DNA of 64,000 bases, taken from positions 4,308 through 68,307 of the forward strand of contig PFVX01000022.1 of assembly GCA_002790835.1 (NCBI GenBank). Reading direction: 5' to 3'. The stretch comes from a bacterium CG_4_9_14_3_um_filter_65_15 (lineage in GTDB: Bacteria; Krumholzibacteriota; Krumholzibacteriia; LZORAL124-64-63). Of the stretch, positions 46,701-55,931 are shown piece after piece; positions within the stretch are counted from its first letter, which is position 1, and each line of letters starts with the position of its first letter. The translations under genes were made by a program, and so were the position numbers. Under the pieces are notes generated by a model, which did no database searches, had not been told where the DNA came from, and saw nothing but the letters and a program-made list of their open reading frames with translations.

Positions 46701-46986
46701 GTTCGACGGTGACGGTGCCCACGCCCTCGCTGGCGATGGAGGTGATCTTCTTGACTCCCTCGATCCCCTGCAGCTTGTCCTCGACGATGAGGCAGACGCC
46801 TTTTTCCACGTCTTCGGGAGTGGCTCCCAGGTAGGGCACCGACACGGAGATCATGTCCATGTCGATCTCCGGGAAGACCTCCTGCTTGATGGACGAAGCG
46901 CTCATCAGACCGGCCACGCAGATGGTGATCATCAGCAGGTTGGCCGCCACGTGGTTTTCGGAGAACCAGCGAATCATGCCGTTCAT
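43792..46986 (-). CDS. RND efflux permease (AcrB family)
   Basis: VAANLLM, LGIVVDDAIVVGEN, GVVVNDSL and RFRPIMLTS. Confidence 0.94.
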   Translation of the reverse strand: MNGMIRWFSENHVAANLLMITICVAGLMSASSIKQEVFPEIDMDMISVSVPYLGATPEDVEKGVCLIVEDKLQGIEGVKKITSIASEGVGTVTVELLRSADKRQALDDVKAAVDRIITFPKETEKPIISLMERKQQAIDIYLYGDTDEKTLKLVADRVRDDLLGTNTISYAVTNGTRPFEISIEVSEKALRKYDLTLAAVTRAVQTGSLDLPGGSVKTDVGEILVRTQGQLYTGEEFGNIVVVTAPDGSRVPLSQLATIRDGFEDVDVATYLDGRPAAMVSVYRTGDQGVLEVTKLVKSYIEDLAGDLPPGIGITTWHDRSAIYKSRMDLLLKNGAMGLVLVFLVLALSLEFRLALWVSSGILVSFLGALWVIPWFGVSLNMISMFAFIVSLGIVVDDAIVVGENVFTFRKRGHDAQSAATLGTREVAGPVVFAVMTTVAAFLPLAFVEGMMGKFMFNIPVVVIAILVFSLTESLLILPAHLATIRVRRVEAGVVPNDPRPRWYARIKDGFEGRMDELRDKTYRTSLNFALKNRALVVALAVGTLLVTVSWFAGGHLKFVFMPPVDADNLIADLTLPQGATMAEARAAAEQLELSLQQTLEVYAADRPADAPPLVNHVSTNVGSQPQANERSGGTTPGGAYLVEVNAELLPAEIRGVPSRAMADRWRRNCGPITGAVALGFSADLFHGGSPIFVQLTSSGSDDLTSAGNVLKEKLAAYPGVQDISDSFREGKVEMKLKLMPGARPLGLTLADLASQVRSGFYGAEAMRIQRGRDEVKVMVRYPEDDRRSLGDIENMRIRTPGGSEVPFSQVAEVTMGRGFASIQRSNRQRVVNVTADVNQALANADEVNRDLRQNILPDLIAAYPGLSYSMEGQAKDQADSLGSLRSGFLFALLLIFALLAVLFRSYMQPLIIMTAIPFGIVGAIWGHLLMGMNLTMISMFGLVALTGVVVNDSLIMVDFINRSYRSGTPLREAVMGAGQRRFRPIMLTSVTTFAGLTPLLLEKSLQAKFLIPMATSLGFGVMFSTAITLILVPVSFTLLVDFKHLFGLEPDHAQEALDNPPRA

Positions 46987-48191
46987 CGTCCGGCTCCCTT
47001 CCCGGAGTCGATGGTGTCGCCGTTGGCCGCAGCCGGCTTCTCGCCTTCACCCTTGACCCGCACAGGCATTCCCTCGGTGACCACCTGCAGGTTGCTGGTG
47101 CAGATCATCTCGCCGGGTTCGAGGCCTGCGGTGATCAGGGTGTTCCGGGTTCCGGCATGGGCAACCTGCACCGGCCGGATGGTCAGGGTCCGCTCGGGGG
47201 TGATGACCCAGACCGTGTCGTCGGTGCGCAAGGCGTCGCGCAGGATGGTCACCGCCGCTGGGGGCGGGTCTTTGCGGAAATCCACGGTCACGAACATGCC
47301 CGTCAAAAGGGCGGGTCGGTCAACGCCGGCCCGGAAGGGGTCGGGGATCTCCACCACGACCGGCACCTGGCGGGTGGCGGGGTCCACCGTGCCGCCCAGG
47401 CGCACGGCCTGGCCAGGCCAGGTGGAGGTGTGGCCGGCCAGATCAGCCCGGACGGTGACGGGCGCGTCCGCCTTGCGGCCGTCGGCCACCCGGATCCACT
47501 CCATGTCCTCGGCGGAGACGGGAACCGTCACTTCGGCGATGTCGGTGGAGTAGAAGGCGCCCACCGTGGTGCCGGCCCGCAGGTACTGACCCAGGTCGGC
47601 CATCGATGCCTCGACGCGCCCGTCGAAGGGGGCGGTGAGGTAGCAGCGGGACAGGTTGGTCTCGGCGAGGTCGAGCGCGGCGGAGGCGGCGTCCACCGAC
47701 GCGCGGGCCTGGGCGATCTGGGGTTCGTGCAGGACGAGGGGAGAAGCCTGCTCTCCGGCGTGGAGGCGTTCCCATTCCCCGCGCGCGATACGACCCTCCT
47801 GCTCGGCCATGGCCAGGGTGGTGCGGGCCGCGGCCAGGTTGGCGCGGGCCAGGGCGCGGGCCTGCAGGTAGTCGGTTTGTTCGATGACCAGCAGGGTGTC
47901 CCCCGCGGAGACGAATTCACCCGCTTCGAAGCGGAGAGACTTGGCCTCCACGCGGCCGTTGACCTGGGGGATGATCTCGATGCGTTGCTTGGCGACCACC
48001 GTGCCGTAGCCCGTGATGACCACCGGATCGACGGCGGGCTTGACGATCTGGGCGGTTACCAGAGGCGCGGGCCGCTCCGGCCGTTGATGGGCGGGCTTTG
48101 GCCGCATCTTGATCATGGCGACGCTGATCACGAGCGCCACCAGGACGACGGCCACGGGCAGGACGATGCGAAACAGGGCGGATCGCTTCAC
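46983..48191 (-). CDS. RND periplasmic adaptor (MFP)
   Basis: N-terminal TM, PQVNGRV, LTAPFDGRV and GMFVTV. Confidence 0.92.
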   Translation of the reverse strand: MKRSALFRIVLPVAVVLVALVISVAMIKMRPKPAHQRPERPAPLVTAQIVKPAVDPVVITGYGTVVAKQRIEIIPQVNGRVEAKSLRFEAGEFVSAGDTLLVIEQTDYLQARALARANLAAARTTLAMAEQEGRIARGEWERLHAGEQASPLVLHEPQIAQARASVDAASAALDLAETNLSRCYLTAPFDGRVEASMADLGQYLRAGTTVGAFYSTDIAEVTVPVSAEDMEWIRVADGRKADAPVTVRADLAGHTSTWPGQAVRLGGTVDPATRQVPVVVEIPDPFRAGVDRPALLTGMFVTVDFRKDPPPAAVTILRDALRTDDTVWVITPERTLTIRPVQVAHAGTRNTLITAGLEPGEMICTSNLQVVTEGMPVRVKGEGEKPAAANGDTIDSGKGAGR

Positions 48192-49675
48192 GGCGAAACT
48201 CCTTGGTTGGTCTGGGGTTCGGGGAGGTCGGATTCGGTGGCGTCCAGGGAGGGATCCCAGGGTCCGCCCAGGGCTACGATGAGGTTCACGCGCGCCGCGT
48301 TGCGCTGGCGCTCCACGGTCAGCAACTGGTTCTGGGTGGCATAGGATCGGCGCTGGGATTCCAGCATGACCAGGATGTTGTCCAGGCCGCGGCGGTAGCG
48401 GTCGGCGGCCAGCCTCTCGGCCTGGACCGCCGCCTGGGTGGCTTCGCCCAGGTCGCGCTGTTGCAGGGCCAGGTAGTAATCCAGATCCAGGGCGTTCTCC
48501 ACCTCCGCGAAGGCCTCAAGCACGGTCTGGCGATAGCCGGCGGCGGCCTGGGCGGCGCGGGCCTCGGCGGCCTTGTACTGGGCCTTGGTCGCCCCGCGGT
48601 TGATCAGGGGCATGACGATGTTGCCGACCAGGGACCACACATCGGTTCCGGATTTGCCGAGCTCGGAGAGTTCGCGCGACGAGAATCCCGAACTTCCGGT
48701 CAGGGAAATGCGTGGATAGAGTGCGGCCTTGGCCTGACCGACCTGGGCCACGGACGCATGCAGCCGCAATTCGGAGGCCTGCAGATCGGGACGACGCTCC
48801 AGCAGGTCCGAGGGCAGGCCTTCGGGGACCGAGGGGAGGGTTGTGGCGGTCACCATGTCCCGGTCAGGCCGATCCCTGGGAGCCAGCCCGTGGGGATAGG
48901 ACCCGCAGAGGATTTCCAGGCGCCGGCGGGCCGCCGCCAGCTGTTGTTGCAGGGGCGGAAGCCCGGCCTGGGCCGCCAGCAGATTCTGCCTCGCCAGCTC
49001 GAAATCGAGGGACGGAACCAGCCCCTGCCGGTAACGGTCCTCCACCGCCTCGAGCGTCTGCCGGTAGCTCGTCAGGGTGGCTTCGGTCAACTGGGTGCGC
49101 CCGGACAGTTCGAGGGTCTCGAAGCGGGCGTTGATCACGGCCGCGACGATGCTGCGGGCCAGGGCCGCCCGTTCGTGGTCGCTGGCCAGCAGGCTGGCCA
49201 CCGCGGCCTCGTCTCCTCGGGCCACTCGGCCCCACAGGTCCGCTTCGTAGCGCGCGGTGGCGCTGGCCGAAAACGAGGTCAGGTGGGGCGAGACGAATCC
49301 CGGGAAATTGAGGTTGGCCGATTTGCTCCGGCTGGCGGTACCGCCCACTTCGATGCTGGGCCACCGGTCGGCGCGGGCGCCTCCGGCCAGGGCGCGGGCT
49401 TCGAGCACGCGGGCGGCGGCGGCCTGCAGATCCGGATTGTGGGCCAGGGCTCGTTCCACCAGGCTGTCCAGGGTGGCGTCGTGGAATCCGGTCCACCAGC
49501 GGCCGTCCCGGCCCGAACCCGCCTGAAGCGCCAGAGACGTCCTGACGGCCGTGCTGTCGTGGGCCGACCAACCGGCCGGGACTTCGGTTCCCAGTTCGGG
49601 GCGACGGTAGTCCGGCCCCACCGCGCATCCGGCCAGCAGGGAAAGGGTCGCCGCCGCAAGGATGATCCGTTTCAA
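48188..49675 (-). CDS. NodT/OprM-family outer-membrane efflux lipoprotein
   Basis: TTG start overlapping the TetR stop; lipobox LAGC-AVGPDY, YEADLWG, LPSDLLERRPD and ALGG. Confidence 0.92.
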   Translation of the reverse strand: MKRIILAAATLSLLAGCAVGPDYRRPELGTEVPAGWSAHDSTAVRTSLALQAGSGRDGRWWTGFHDATLDSLVERALAHNPDLQAAAARVLEARALAGGARADRWPSIEVGGTASRSKSANLNFPGFVSPHLTSFSASATARYEADLWGRVARGDEAAVASLLASDHERAALARSIVAAVINARFETLELSGRTQLTEATLTSYRQTLEAVEDRYRQGLVPSLDFELARQNLLAAQAGLPPLQQQLAAARRRLEILCGSYPHGLAPRDRPDRDMVTATTLPSVPEGLPSDLLERRPDLQASELRLHASVAQVGQAKAALYPRISLTGSSGFSSRELSELGKSGTDVWSLVGNIVMPLINRGATKAQYKAAEARAAQAAAGYRQTVLEAFAEVENALDLDYYLALQQRDLGEATQAAVQAERLAADRYRRGLDNILVMLESQRRSYATQNQLLTVERQRNAARVNLIVALGGPWDPSLDATESDLPEPQTNQGVSP

Positions 49676-50367
49676 GCCGATTCCTCCCGATTCATGCCGG
49701 TGATGGCGGCCGTGGTGAAGCGAGTGATGTGGTCGGTCACCTGCTCGATGTAAACCGGCAACGGTTCGCCCAGGACGGGGAAGATCCGCAGCATGATGCC
49801 GTAGGTCTCGTTTTGCGGGTCCATGGCTTCCTTCTTCACCCAGCGCATGATGAAATGGTGGATCTGGCCGACGATGCTGGCGATGATCCACGTCATCTGG
49901 TCCGGATCGAGTTGGGGCGCCACATTCTGGAGCGCGCTGGAGAAGCTGGAGAAGACCGGCTGGATCATGTTCTTGAACATCGCACCCCGATCGCACGCTT
50001 CCGGCTCGTGCAGCTCCCGGGATACGGCCATCAGGAACCCCGGCCCGCCGTCGGCCGCCAGAGTGCCTTCGAGGTATTCGTTCACCAGGGTGCGGATGAC
50101 CATGGCCAGGGTGGGGGGTGGATTCGATTCCTTCTGCAGGGCTTCCAGCGCTTGCAGAGTGCGATCGCGCTGGGCGCTGAAGCGCCGGGCGCAGACCTCG
50201 TGGAAGAGGTTCTCCTTGCCCTGGAAGTGATAATTCACCGCCGCGATATTCACCCCTGCGGCGGCAGCCAGTTCTCGGATGGAAACCTCGTCGAAACCCC
50301 GGCTGGCGAAGAGGTGTTCAGCCGCTTCCAGCAGGCGGTCCTTGGTGGGAGGTGATGGGTCGGTCAC
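49672..50367 (-). CDS. TetR-family regulator (CecR/DUF1956-like)
   Basis: TKDRLLEAAEHLFASRGFDEVSIRELAAAAGVNIAAVNYHFQGKENL. Confidence 0.92.
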   Translation of the reverse strand: MTDPSPPTKDRLLEAAEHLFASRGFDEVSIRELAAAAGVNIAAVNYHFQGKENLFHEVCARRFSAQRDRTLQALEALQKESNPPPTLAMVIRTLVNEYLEGTLAADGGPGFLMAVSRELHEPEACDRGAMFKNMIQPVFSSFSSALQNVAPQLDPDQMTWIIASIVGQIHHFIMRWVKKEAMDPQNETYGIMLRIFPVLGEPLPVYIEQVTDHITRFTTAAITGMNREESA

Positions 50368-50385
50368 GAAGGCCTCCTCGAAGCC

Positions 50386-50437
50386 TCAAACACTCGGTTG
50401 AAACAGAGAAATTAAACAACCGTTTGAATTGTGTCAA
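50386..50437 (-). promoter_or_regulatory. Sigma-70 promoter with two TetR-type operators
   Basis: TTGACA-N17-TAATTT. Operators TTCAAACGGTTGTTTAA (50412-50428) and TTCAACCGAGTGTTTGA (50386-50402). Confidence 0.8.
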
Positions 50438-50454
50438 GGGTTGATTCCTCTCCC

Positions 50455-50495
50455 CAAAACAATCGTCCCCGGAAACCGAAGCCTCCGGGGACGAT
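50455..50495 (-). terminator. Rho-independent terminator
   Basis: ATCGTCCCCGGAGGC-TTCG-GTTTCCGGGGACGAT followed by TGTTTT; UUCG tetraloop. Confidence 0.85.
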
Positions 50496-50547
50496 CTCAT
50501 CACACTCTCCGTGTTCCCGCCCCGAGGGCGAGGCCTAAAGCGCGATG

Positions 50548-52482
50548 TCACTTGACCATGATCATCTTGCGAACCTGGACCACTTCGGCCCCGATGCGCA
50601 GACGGGCGAAGTAGGTGCCGCTGGCCAGATTCCGGCCGGCGTCATCCTTGCCGTCCCAGTGCACGGTGTAATCGCCGACGGTCAGGGCGTCCTGCATCAG
50701 GGTGCGCACCTTCTCGCCGCGAATGCTGTACACGTTCAACTGGACCAGATTGTCCTGGTTGACCTTGAACTTGATCGTGGCGTTGGGGTTGAACGGGTTC
50801 GGGTACAGGGCCGTCAGACCGCCGGCTTTTTCCATGGGGGGCAGCTGGCCCTCCACGGCGCTGGCTCCGGTCAGCACCAGGTACTGATCGGCGAAGGGGC
50901 GGATGACGAAGTTTCCGTAGGAGTACTCCATGAAGCCCTCGGGCTTGACCACGTCGCCGGGAATGGCCACGTAGGTCAGAGCCTGGGTCGGGGATACCGT
51001 CAGGGAGTCGGCCTGGGCGCCGGTGCTCGAGACATCGAACTCGCCGTAGGCGGCGAAGCCCAGGGTGTCCGTCACGGCCACGGGACCGGTCTTGACCCAG
51101 ACGGCTTCCCAGGCTTCGCCCAGGTTGGTGGTCTGATCGGACAGAATGTTGGTGGCCACGTACGGGGCCGCCGGCAGTTCCTGTCCGAAGCCGGTCAGGT
51201 AGACCGCGTCGGCATTGTTGGGCACGAATTCGGTCATGCCGAAATATTCCGAGCCTTTTCCGCCGAGTGCGACGGCGTCGCCGCGGTAATAGCTGAATGT
51301 CCCGGAGGTCTCATAGACCAGGACCCCGCCGAAGGCGTAGGAACCGGATCCGGGATTCACGGCGGGCTCCTGCACGTAGAACTTGCTGGCGGCGCCAGAG
51401 TCCCCCGTACCGACGGTGACCACACCTCGGATGTTCAGGAACTTGCCGTTGAAGGAACTCGACTGGGAGGCGCTGTCGGGGTGGGCGTACTGCATGGCGT
51501 AGATGCTGGTGAAGCCCACGGCCATGCTCCGGAATCCGGTCGGGGCGTTGCCCGGCTGGGTAACGGTCTGGACACCGGTGTCGGTGGCCTCGATGTAGAA
51601 GTCGATCTGGGAGCTGGAATGGCCACCGGGAATGGTGCCCGCCCAGGTATCACCCGAAGTGTTGCTCATTGCCGTGGTGCTCCACGCGCCGGGGATCGTG
51701 CCGTCACTGTCCCGGTAATAGAGGTTCGCGTTGTTCACGCCGAAATCGTCGACGATGGTGGCCGAAATGGTCACCGCATCGGCGGCCTCGGGAACCCAGT
51801 TGTCGGCGTTGACGCTGGAGATCACGGGCAGGGTGTCCCCACCGGGGTTTTCCACCAGGTCGGCCTGCCAGCGGGGCTTCAGTTCGATGGTGGAGTTGAA
51901 GGTTACCACGGGGGAGGTCACCTGGTAGGTGTCGCCCAGGGCCACGGCGCCGATGTCCACGCCGGTGGTGCTGTCGATGTAGACCAGGATGGTGTCGCCC
52001 AGGCCGTTGGCCAGGGAAAAGTTGAAGGCGTTCTTGATGGCCACCGTGCCGATGGTCGAGACCAGGGTGCCCACATTCTCGTAGGTGGCGAGGATGTCCT
52101 CGATGTTCATGGGCGTGGGGACGACGGTGTTGCCGGTGGACAGGACGGTGAAGGTGGCGGTTCCGAGCTGGATTTCCCCGCTGAAGGCGCCGACCGTGCC
52201 GGTGACTTCGACTTCGCTACCCTCAGCCACGGAGGTCCCACTCTGATAGATGGAGATGCCGCCTGTGGCGCCCTGGATGTAGTGCGAACCGGAACTGTAC
52301 CTCAGGTTTTCGTAGACGACTCCGTGAACGGTCACGACCTGACCAGCGAAGGGGCTCGCCGGCACGCCGACGGGGGTGTAGGTCTGGATGGTGTCGATGT
52401 CCGTATACTGGGCCGACGCGACGCCGCCCAGACACATCAGGCACATACTCAGCAGCGCCACACCAAAAAGATGCTTCTTCAT
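50548..52482 (-). CDS. Secreted multi-OB-fold protein with a C-terminal FlgD-Ig tail
   Basis: Signal peptide (ASA/Q); repeated 'S.F.GQ.V...GVV...YIQ' OB-like modules; an Ig-like module; YPNPFNP...WDGKDDAGRNLASGTYFARL...KMIMVK tail. Confidence 0.85.
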   Translation of the reverse strand: MKKHLFGVALLSMCLMCLGGVASAQYTDIDTIQTYTPVGVPASPFAGQVVTVHGVVYENLRYSSGSHYIQGATGGISIYQSGTSVAEGSEVEVTGTVGAFSGEIQLGTATFTVLSTGNTVVPTPMNIEDILATYENVGTLVSTIGTVAIKNAFNFSLANGLGDTILVYIDSTTGVDIGAVALGDTYQVTSPVVTFNSTIELKPRWQADLVENPGGDTLPVISSVNADNWVPEAADAVTISATIVDDFGVNNANLYYRDSDGTIPGAWSTTAMSNTSGDTWAGTIPGGHSSSQIDFYIEATDTGVQTVTQPGNAPTGFRSMAVGFTSIYAMQYAHPDSASQSSSFNGKFLNIRGVVTVGTGDSGAASKFYVQEPAVNPGSGSYAFGGVLVYETSGTFSYYRGDAVALGGKGSEYFGMTEFVPNNADAVYLTGFGQELPAAPYVATNILSDQTTNLGEAWEAVWVKTGPVAVTDTLGFAAYGEFDVSSTGAQADSLTVSPTQALTYVAIPGDVVKPEGFMEYSYGNFVIRPFADQYLVLTGASAVEGQLPPMEKAGGLTALYPNPFNPNATIKFKVNQDNLVQLNVYSIRGEKVRTLMQDALTVGDYTVHWDGKDDAGRNLASGTYFARLRIGAEVVQVRKMIMVK

Positions 52483-52891
52483 CCTTTCGGCCTCCTTAAT
52501 TTGCAAGGGTTCAAAACTAACCTTCTCGCGATCACTCGGTATCAGGTGTCAAGCGATGGGACCCAAGTGGGAAGCGAGAGATGTCCGGCCAAGCCGGACG
52601 GGGATCCTCAACCCGCGGGTCGGGCTCCCGATTGTTGGACCTTTCTGATGGTCCGGGTGTGGCGCCTTGACCAAATTTCCCGGAATTACCACCTCCTCCC
52701 AAAATGTATCGTTGGATGGCAAAAACCCATTGAATCTCACTAATCGAAAGTGATTGTAACACAAGGTAAAGGGTTTTGGGGAAAAATGATGTTAATCTTG
52801 GGTTATTTCCATGTATTTCGGCAAAAACAGAAATCCGATGTCCCCTCTGGGCCAATTGGCGAAAAAACAACAGGATTCGGGCTTTCTGCGC

Positions 52892-54466
52892 TCACAGATA
52901 CTCCGGTTTGACCAGGCAGCGACCCGTCATTTCCGGGGGTTGGGCGATTCCGAGCAGCCCCAAAATGGTGGGCGCGATGTCGGCCAAGCCCCACGGTCCC
53001 TTGCCCAGGGCGTCCAGGTGGCCTGCGAAACGCTTTCCGGCCACCACGAACGGGACCGGGTTGAGGGAGTGCTGGGTCAGAGGGGAGCCGTCGGGTCCGA
53101 TCATCTCATCGCAGTTGCCGTGGTCGGCGGTCACCAGCCAGGTCGTCCCGGCGGCGAGGCTGGGCGGCATGATCTCGCCGAGCAGCCTGTCCAGGGTGGC
53201 GAAGGCCTGGATGGCGGCTTCGAGATCGCCGGTGTGTCCGACCATGTCACCGTTGGCGAAGTTCACCACCACGATGTCGTGGCTGCCTTTGGTGCAGGCC
53301 TCGGCCACGACGGCGGCCACGGCGGGGGCGCTCATTTCCGGTTGCAGATCGTAGGTGGCGACCTTGGGGGAGGGAATCAGCTTGCGCTCTTCGCCGGGAA
53401 ACGGTTCCTCGCGTCCTCCGTTGAAGAAGTAGGTGACGTGGGCGTACTTCTCGGTTTCGGCCGTTCGCAAATTGCTCAGTCCCTCCCGGGCGAAGACCTC
53501 GGCGAGACCGTTGCGGGGCTGGGCGGGATGGAACATCGCCGGCAGATCCATGGTCTCGTCGTAGGGCGTCATGCACAGGTAGGACACGCGGGGGCGGTCC
53601 GGCACGGGAAACCCGTCGAAGCCCTCCTGCTTGAAGGCCCACGTCAGTTCGCGGGCCCGGTCGGCCCGGAAGTTCCAGAAGAACACCCCGTCGCCGCCGC
53701 CGATGGTGGCCACGGGGGCGCCGTCGGGAGTGACGATCACGGTCGGTTGGATGAATTCGTCGGTGGCGTCTTCGGCATAGGAGGCGCGAACGGCGGCCAC
53801 GGGATCGTCGGCTTTTGCGCCCTCGCCCCGGACCAGGGTTTTCCAGGCTTTTTCCACCCGGTCCCAGCGCTTGTCCCGGTCCATGGCCCAGTAGCGTCCG
53901 CACACCGAAGCGATCTGTCCGGTGCCAATTTCGGTCAGACGCGCCTGCAGATCCTCCAGATAACCGGCTCCGGCGTGGGGGTCGGTGTCGCGCCCGTCCA
54001 TGAAGGCGTGAATGAAGATCTCGCCGATTCCGGCCGCTGCGGCCTCGCGGACGATCCCCAAAAGGTGGTCGGTGTGGCTGTGAACACCACCGGGTGAGAC
54101 CAGGCCCAGCAGGTGCAGGCGGCCGGAGCCGGCCATGACCGAAGAGACGAACGGGGCCCACGCCTGCGCGCCGGTGAATTCGCCGTTGGTGAAGCTGTTT
54201 CCGATCCGGACCAATTCCTGGGGAATGGTGCGGCCCGCTCCGATGGTCAGGTGGCCCACTTCACTGTTGCCCATCTGGCCCTCAGGCAGTCCCACGGCCA
54301 GTCCGCCGGGCTCCAGCGTGGTATGGGGGAAACGCGTAAAGAGGGAGCGATAGAATTCCGGCTCGGAGGCGATGACCGCGTTGCCGACCTCTGATCCGGG
54401 GCCGGTGCGGTAGCCGACTCCGTCGAGGATGCAGAGCACGAGGCGCGGGCGGGCAGGTTCGGTCAT
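52892..54466 (-). CDS. gpmI: 2,3-bisphosphoglycerate-independent phosphoglycerate mutase
   Basis: GQMGNSEVGH, GRYWAMDRD, NFRADR, ETEKYAHVTYFF, DMVGHTG and TADHGN. Confidence 0.97.
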   Translation of the reverse strand: MTEPARPRLVLCILDGVGYRTGPGSEVGNAVIASEPEFYRSLFTRFPHTTLEPGGLAVGLPEGQMGNSEVGHLTIGAGRTIPQELVRIGNSFTNGEFTGAQAWAPFVSSVMAGSGRLHLLGLVSPGGVHSHTDHLLGIVREAAAAGIGEIFIHAFMDGRDTDPHAGAGYLEDLQARLTEIGTGQIASVCGRYWAMDRDKRWDRVEKAWKTLVRGEGAKADDPVAAVRASYAEDATDEFIQPTVIVTPDGAPVATIGGGDGVFFWNFRADRARELTWAFKQEGFDGFPVPDRPRVSYLCMTPYDETMDLPAMFHPAQPRNGLAEVFAREGLSNLRTAETEKYAHVTYFFNGGREEPFPGEERKLIPSPKVATYDLQPEMSAPAVAAVVAEACTKGSHDIVVVNFANGDMVGHTGDLEAAIQAFATLDRLLGEIMPPSLAAGTTWLVTADHGNCDEMIGPDGSPLTQHSLNPVPFVVAGKRFAGHLDALGKGPWGLADIAPTILGLLGIAQPPEMTGRCLVKPEYL

Positions 54467-54471
54467 GGCGG

Positions 54472-54855
54472 CTATCGCTCCTTGGACAGGATCGTGCGGG
54501 GTCGGGACAGGAGTTCCGTTTCCCCCAGTGACATCATGATCATGCGCTCCACAGGATAGACGTCCTCGGCGGCGTTCGCCTGTCCGGGATCGCCCGGCAG
54601 GGAGCTCAACCCTGCGCCGGGCTGCAGGATGGCCCGGGTGACTTCCCGTCCGTCGGGCAACAATTCACTGACGCGCAACAGACCGGCCTTCAAGTGGTAT
54701 TCGCGATCAGCCCTCGGGTGGAAGAGTTGGGACGAGACCAGAGTCACGGTAACATCCTCGTCGCCCGGGCGGTCCAGCCAGCTCCCCGGCGGGCCGGCTT
54801 TGCGGACCAGACGCAACAGGTTCGAAGGGGAAGTTTCGGGGGATTCAGGGGACAC
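54472..54855 (-). CDS. Truncated Crp/Fnr-like cNMP-binding-domain protein lacking the HTH
   Basis: YHLKAGLLRVSELLPDGREVTRAILQPG resembles the Crp beta-roll; 127 aa only. Confidence 0.55.
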   Translation of the reverse strand: MSPESPETSPSNLLRLVRKAGPPGSWLDRPGDEDVTVTLVSSQLFHPRADREYHLKAGLLRVSELLPDGREVTRAILQPGAGLSSLPGDPGQANAAEDVYPVERMIMMSLGETELLSRPRTILSKER

Positions 54856-54979
54856 GAATGCCTCCGGGTTGGGGTGCGAACGGGTCGCTCATGTGTCCTT
54901 GTAGGATACCCGGTTGGGGCGAGGAAGCAACCATTCGGCTGCGGCTCAAGCGATACGGAAATTCCTAGCGCGATAAACC

Positions 54980-54999
54980 ATACCATATTACTATGGTAT
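54980..54999. promoter_or_regulatory. Perfect palindromic operator upstream of the oxidase operon
   Basis: ATACCATA-TTAC-TATGGTAT. Confidence 0.6.
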
Positions 55000-55070
55000 T
55001 TGCTTTTCATGATCATCTGGGCCTCGGGTGTTCAGGAAGCGGTCTCGTTTCGGGGGGATAACTTGTTGCC

Positions 55071-55931
55071 ATGAAAAAAATTATATGGTTTCCGCGGCAT
55101 TGGTCAGCCTTTGCGCTGGCGGGCGTTTTGGCTTTGGGATGGGCCAATATCGCCGGTGCGGAGGATGCCCCGGCGCCGGTGGCGGCCCCAAAAACCGCCG
55201 GACTCGGCGAGGTGGCGGAATTCGAGGAACACCTGGGCGGGATGATCCCCGTCGATCTGACATTTTTCGACGAGACCGGCCAGGAAGTGACCCTGGGCGA
55301 AATCCTGGACAAGCCCACCATCCTTTCGATGGTGTACTACGACTGCCCCGGCATCTGCACGCCCCTGCTCAACGAGGAGGCGGACGTCCTGGGCAAGTCC
55401 AACCTCGACCCGGCCAAGCAGCCCTTCCAGCTGTTGACCGTCAGCTTCGATCCCCGTGACGACTTCACCATGGCGGCGGCCAAGCAGACCAACTACCTCA
55501 AGGTGGTCGGGCGCGACCTGCCGCCCAACACCTGGCGCTTCTTCACCGGAACCCAGGAGAACATCGACCGCCTGACCGAGGCGGTCGGCTTCCGCTACAA
55601 GCGCGCAGGCAAGGAATTCACCCACCCCGGCGGGCTCGTCATGATCGCTCCCGGCGGCAAGATCGTGCGCTACCTGTACGGCATCCAGTACCTGCCGTTC
55701 GATTTCGAGATGGGGGTATACGAGGCGGCCAAGGGCTCGGTCCAGCCCACCACGGCGCGGCTGTTGAACTTCTGCTTCAGCTACGACCCCTCGGGGCGGA
55801 CCTACGTCTTCAACCTGGCCCGCGTGGTCGGGATCGTGATGCTCGTCTCCCTGGTGATCTTTATCATCTTCCTGTTCTTCAGCACCCGCGGCATGCGCGG
55901 AAGAAAGGATAAAGCCCATGGCAGGTCCTGA
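55071..55931 (+). CDS. SCO1/SenC copper chaperone
   Basis: YYDCPGIC, VSFDP, WRFFTG, the conserved His (FTHP) and a C-terminal TM. Confidence 0.93.
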   Translation: MKKIIWFPRHWSAFALAGVLALGWANIAGAEDAPAPVAAPKTAGLGEVAEFEEHLGGMIPVDLTFFDETGQEVTLGEILDKPTILSMVYYDCPGICTPLLNEEADVLGKSNLDPAKQPFQLLTVSFDPRDDFTMAAAKQTNYLKVVGRDLPPNTWRFFTGTQENIDRLTEAVGFRYKRAGKEFTHPGGLVMIAPGGKIVRYLYGIQYLPFDFEMGVYEAAKGSVQPTTARLLNFCFSYDPSGRTYVFNLARVVGIVMLVSLVIFIIFLFFSTRGMRGRKDKAHGRS

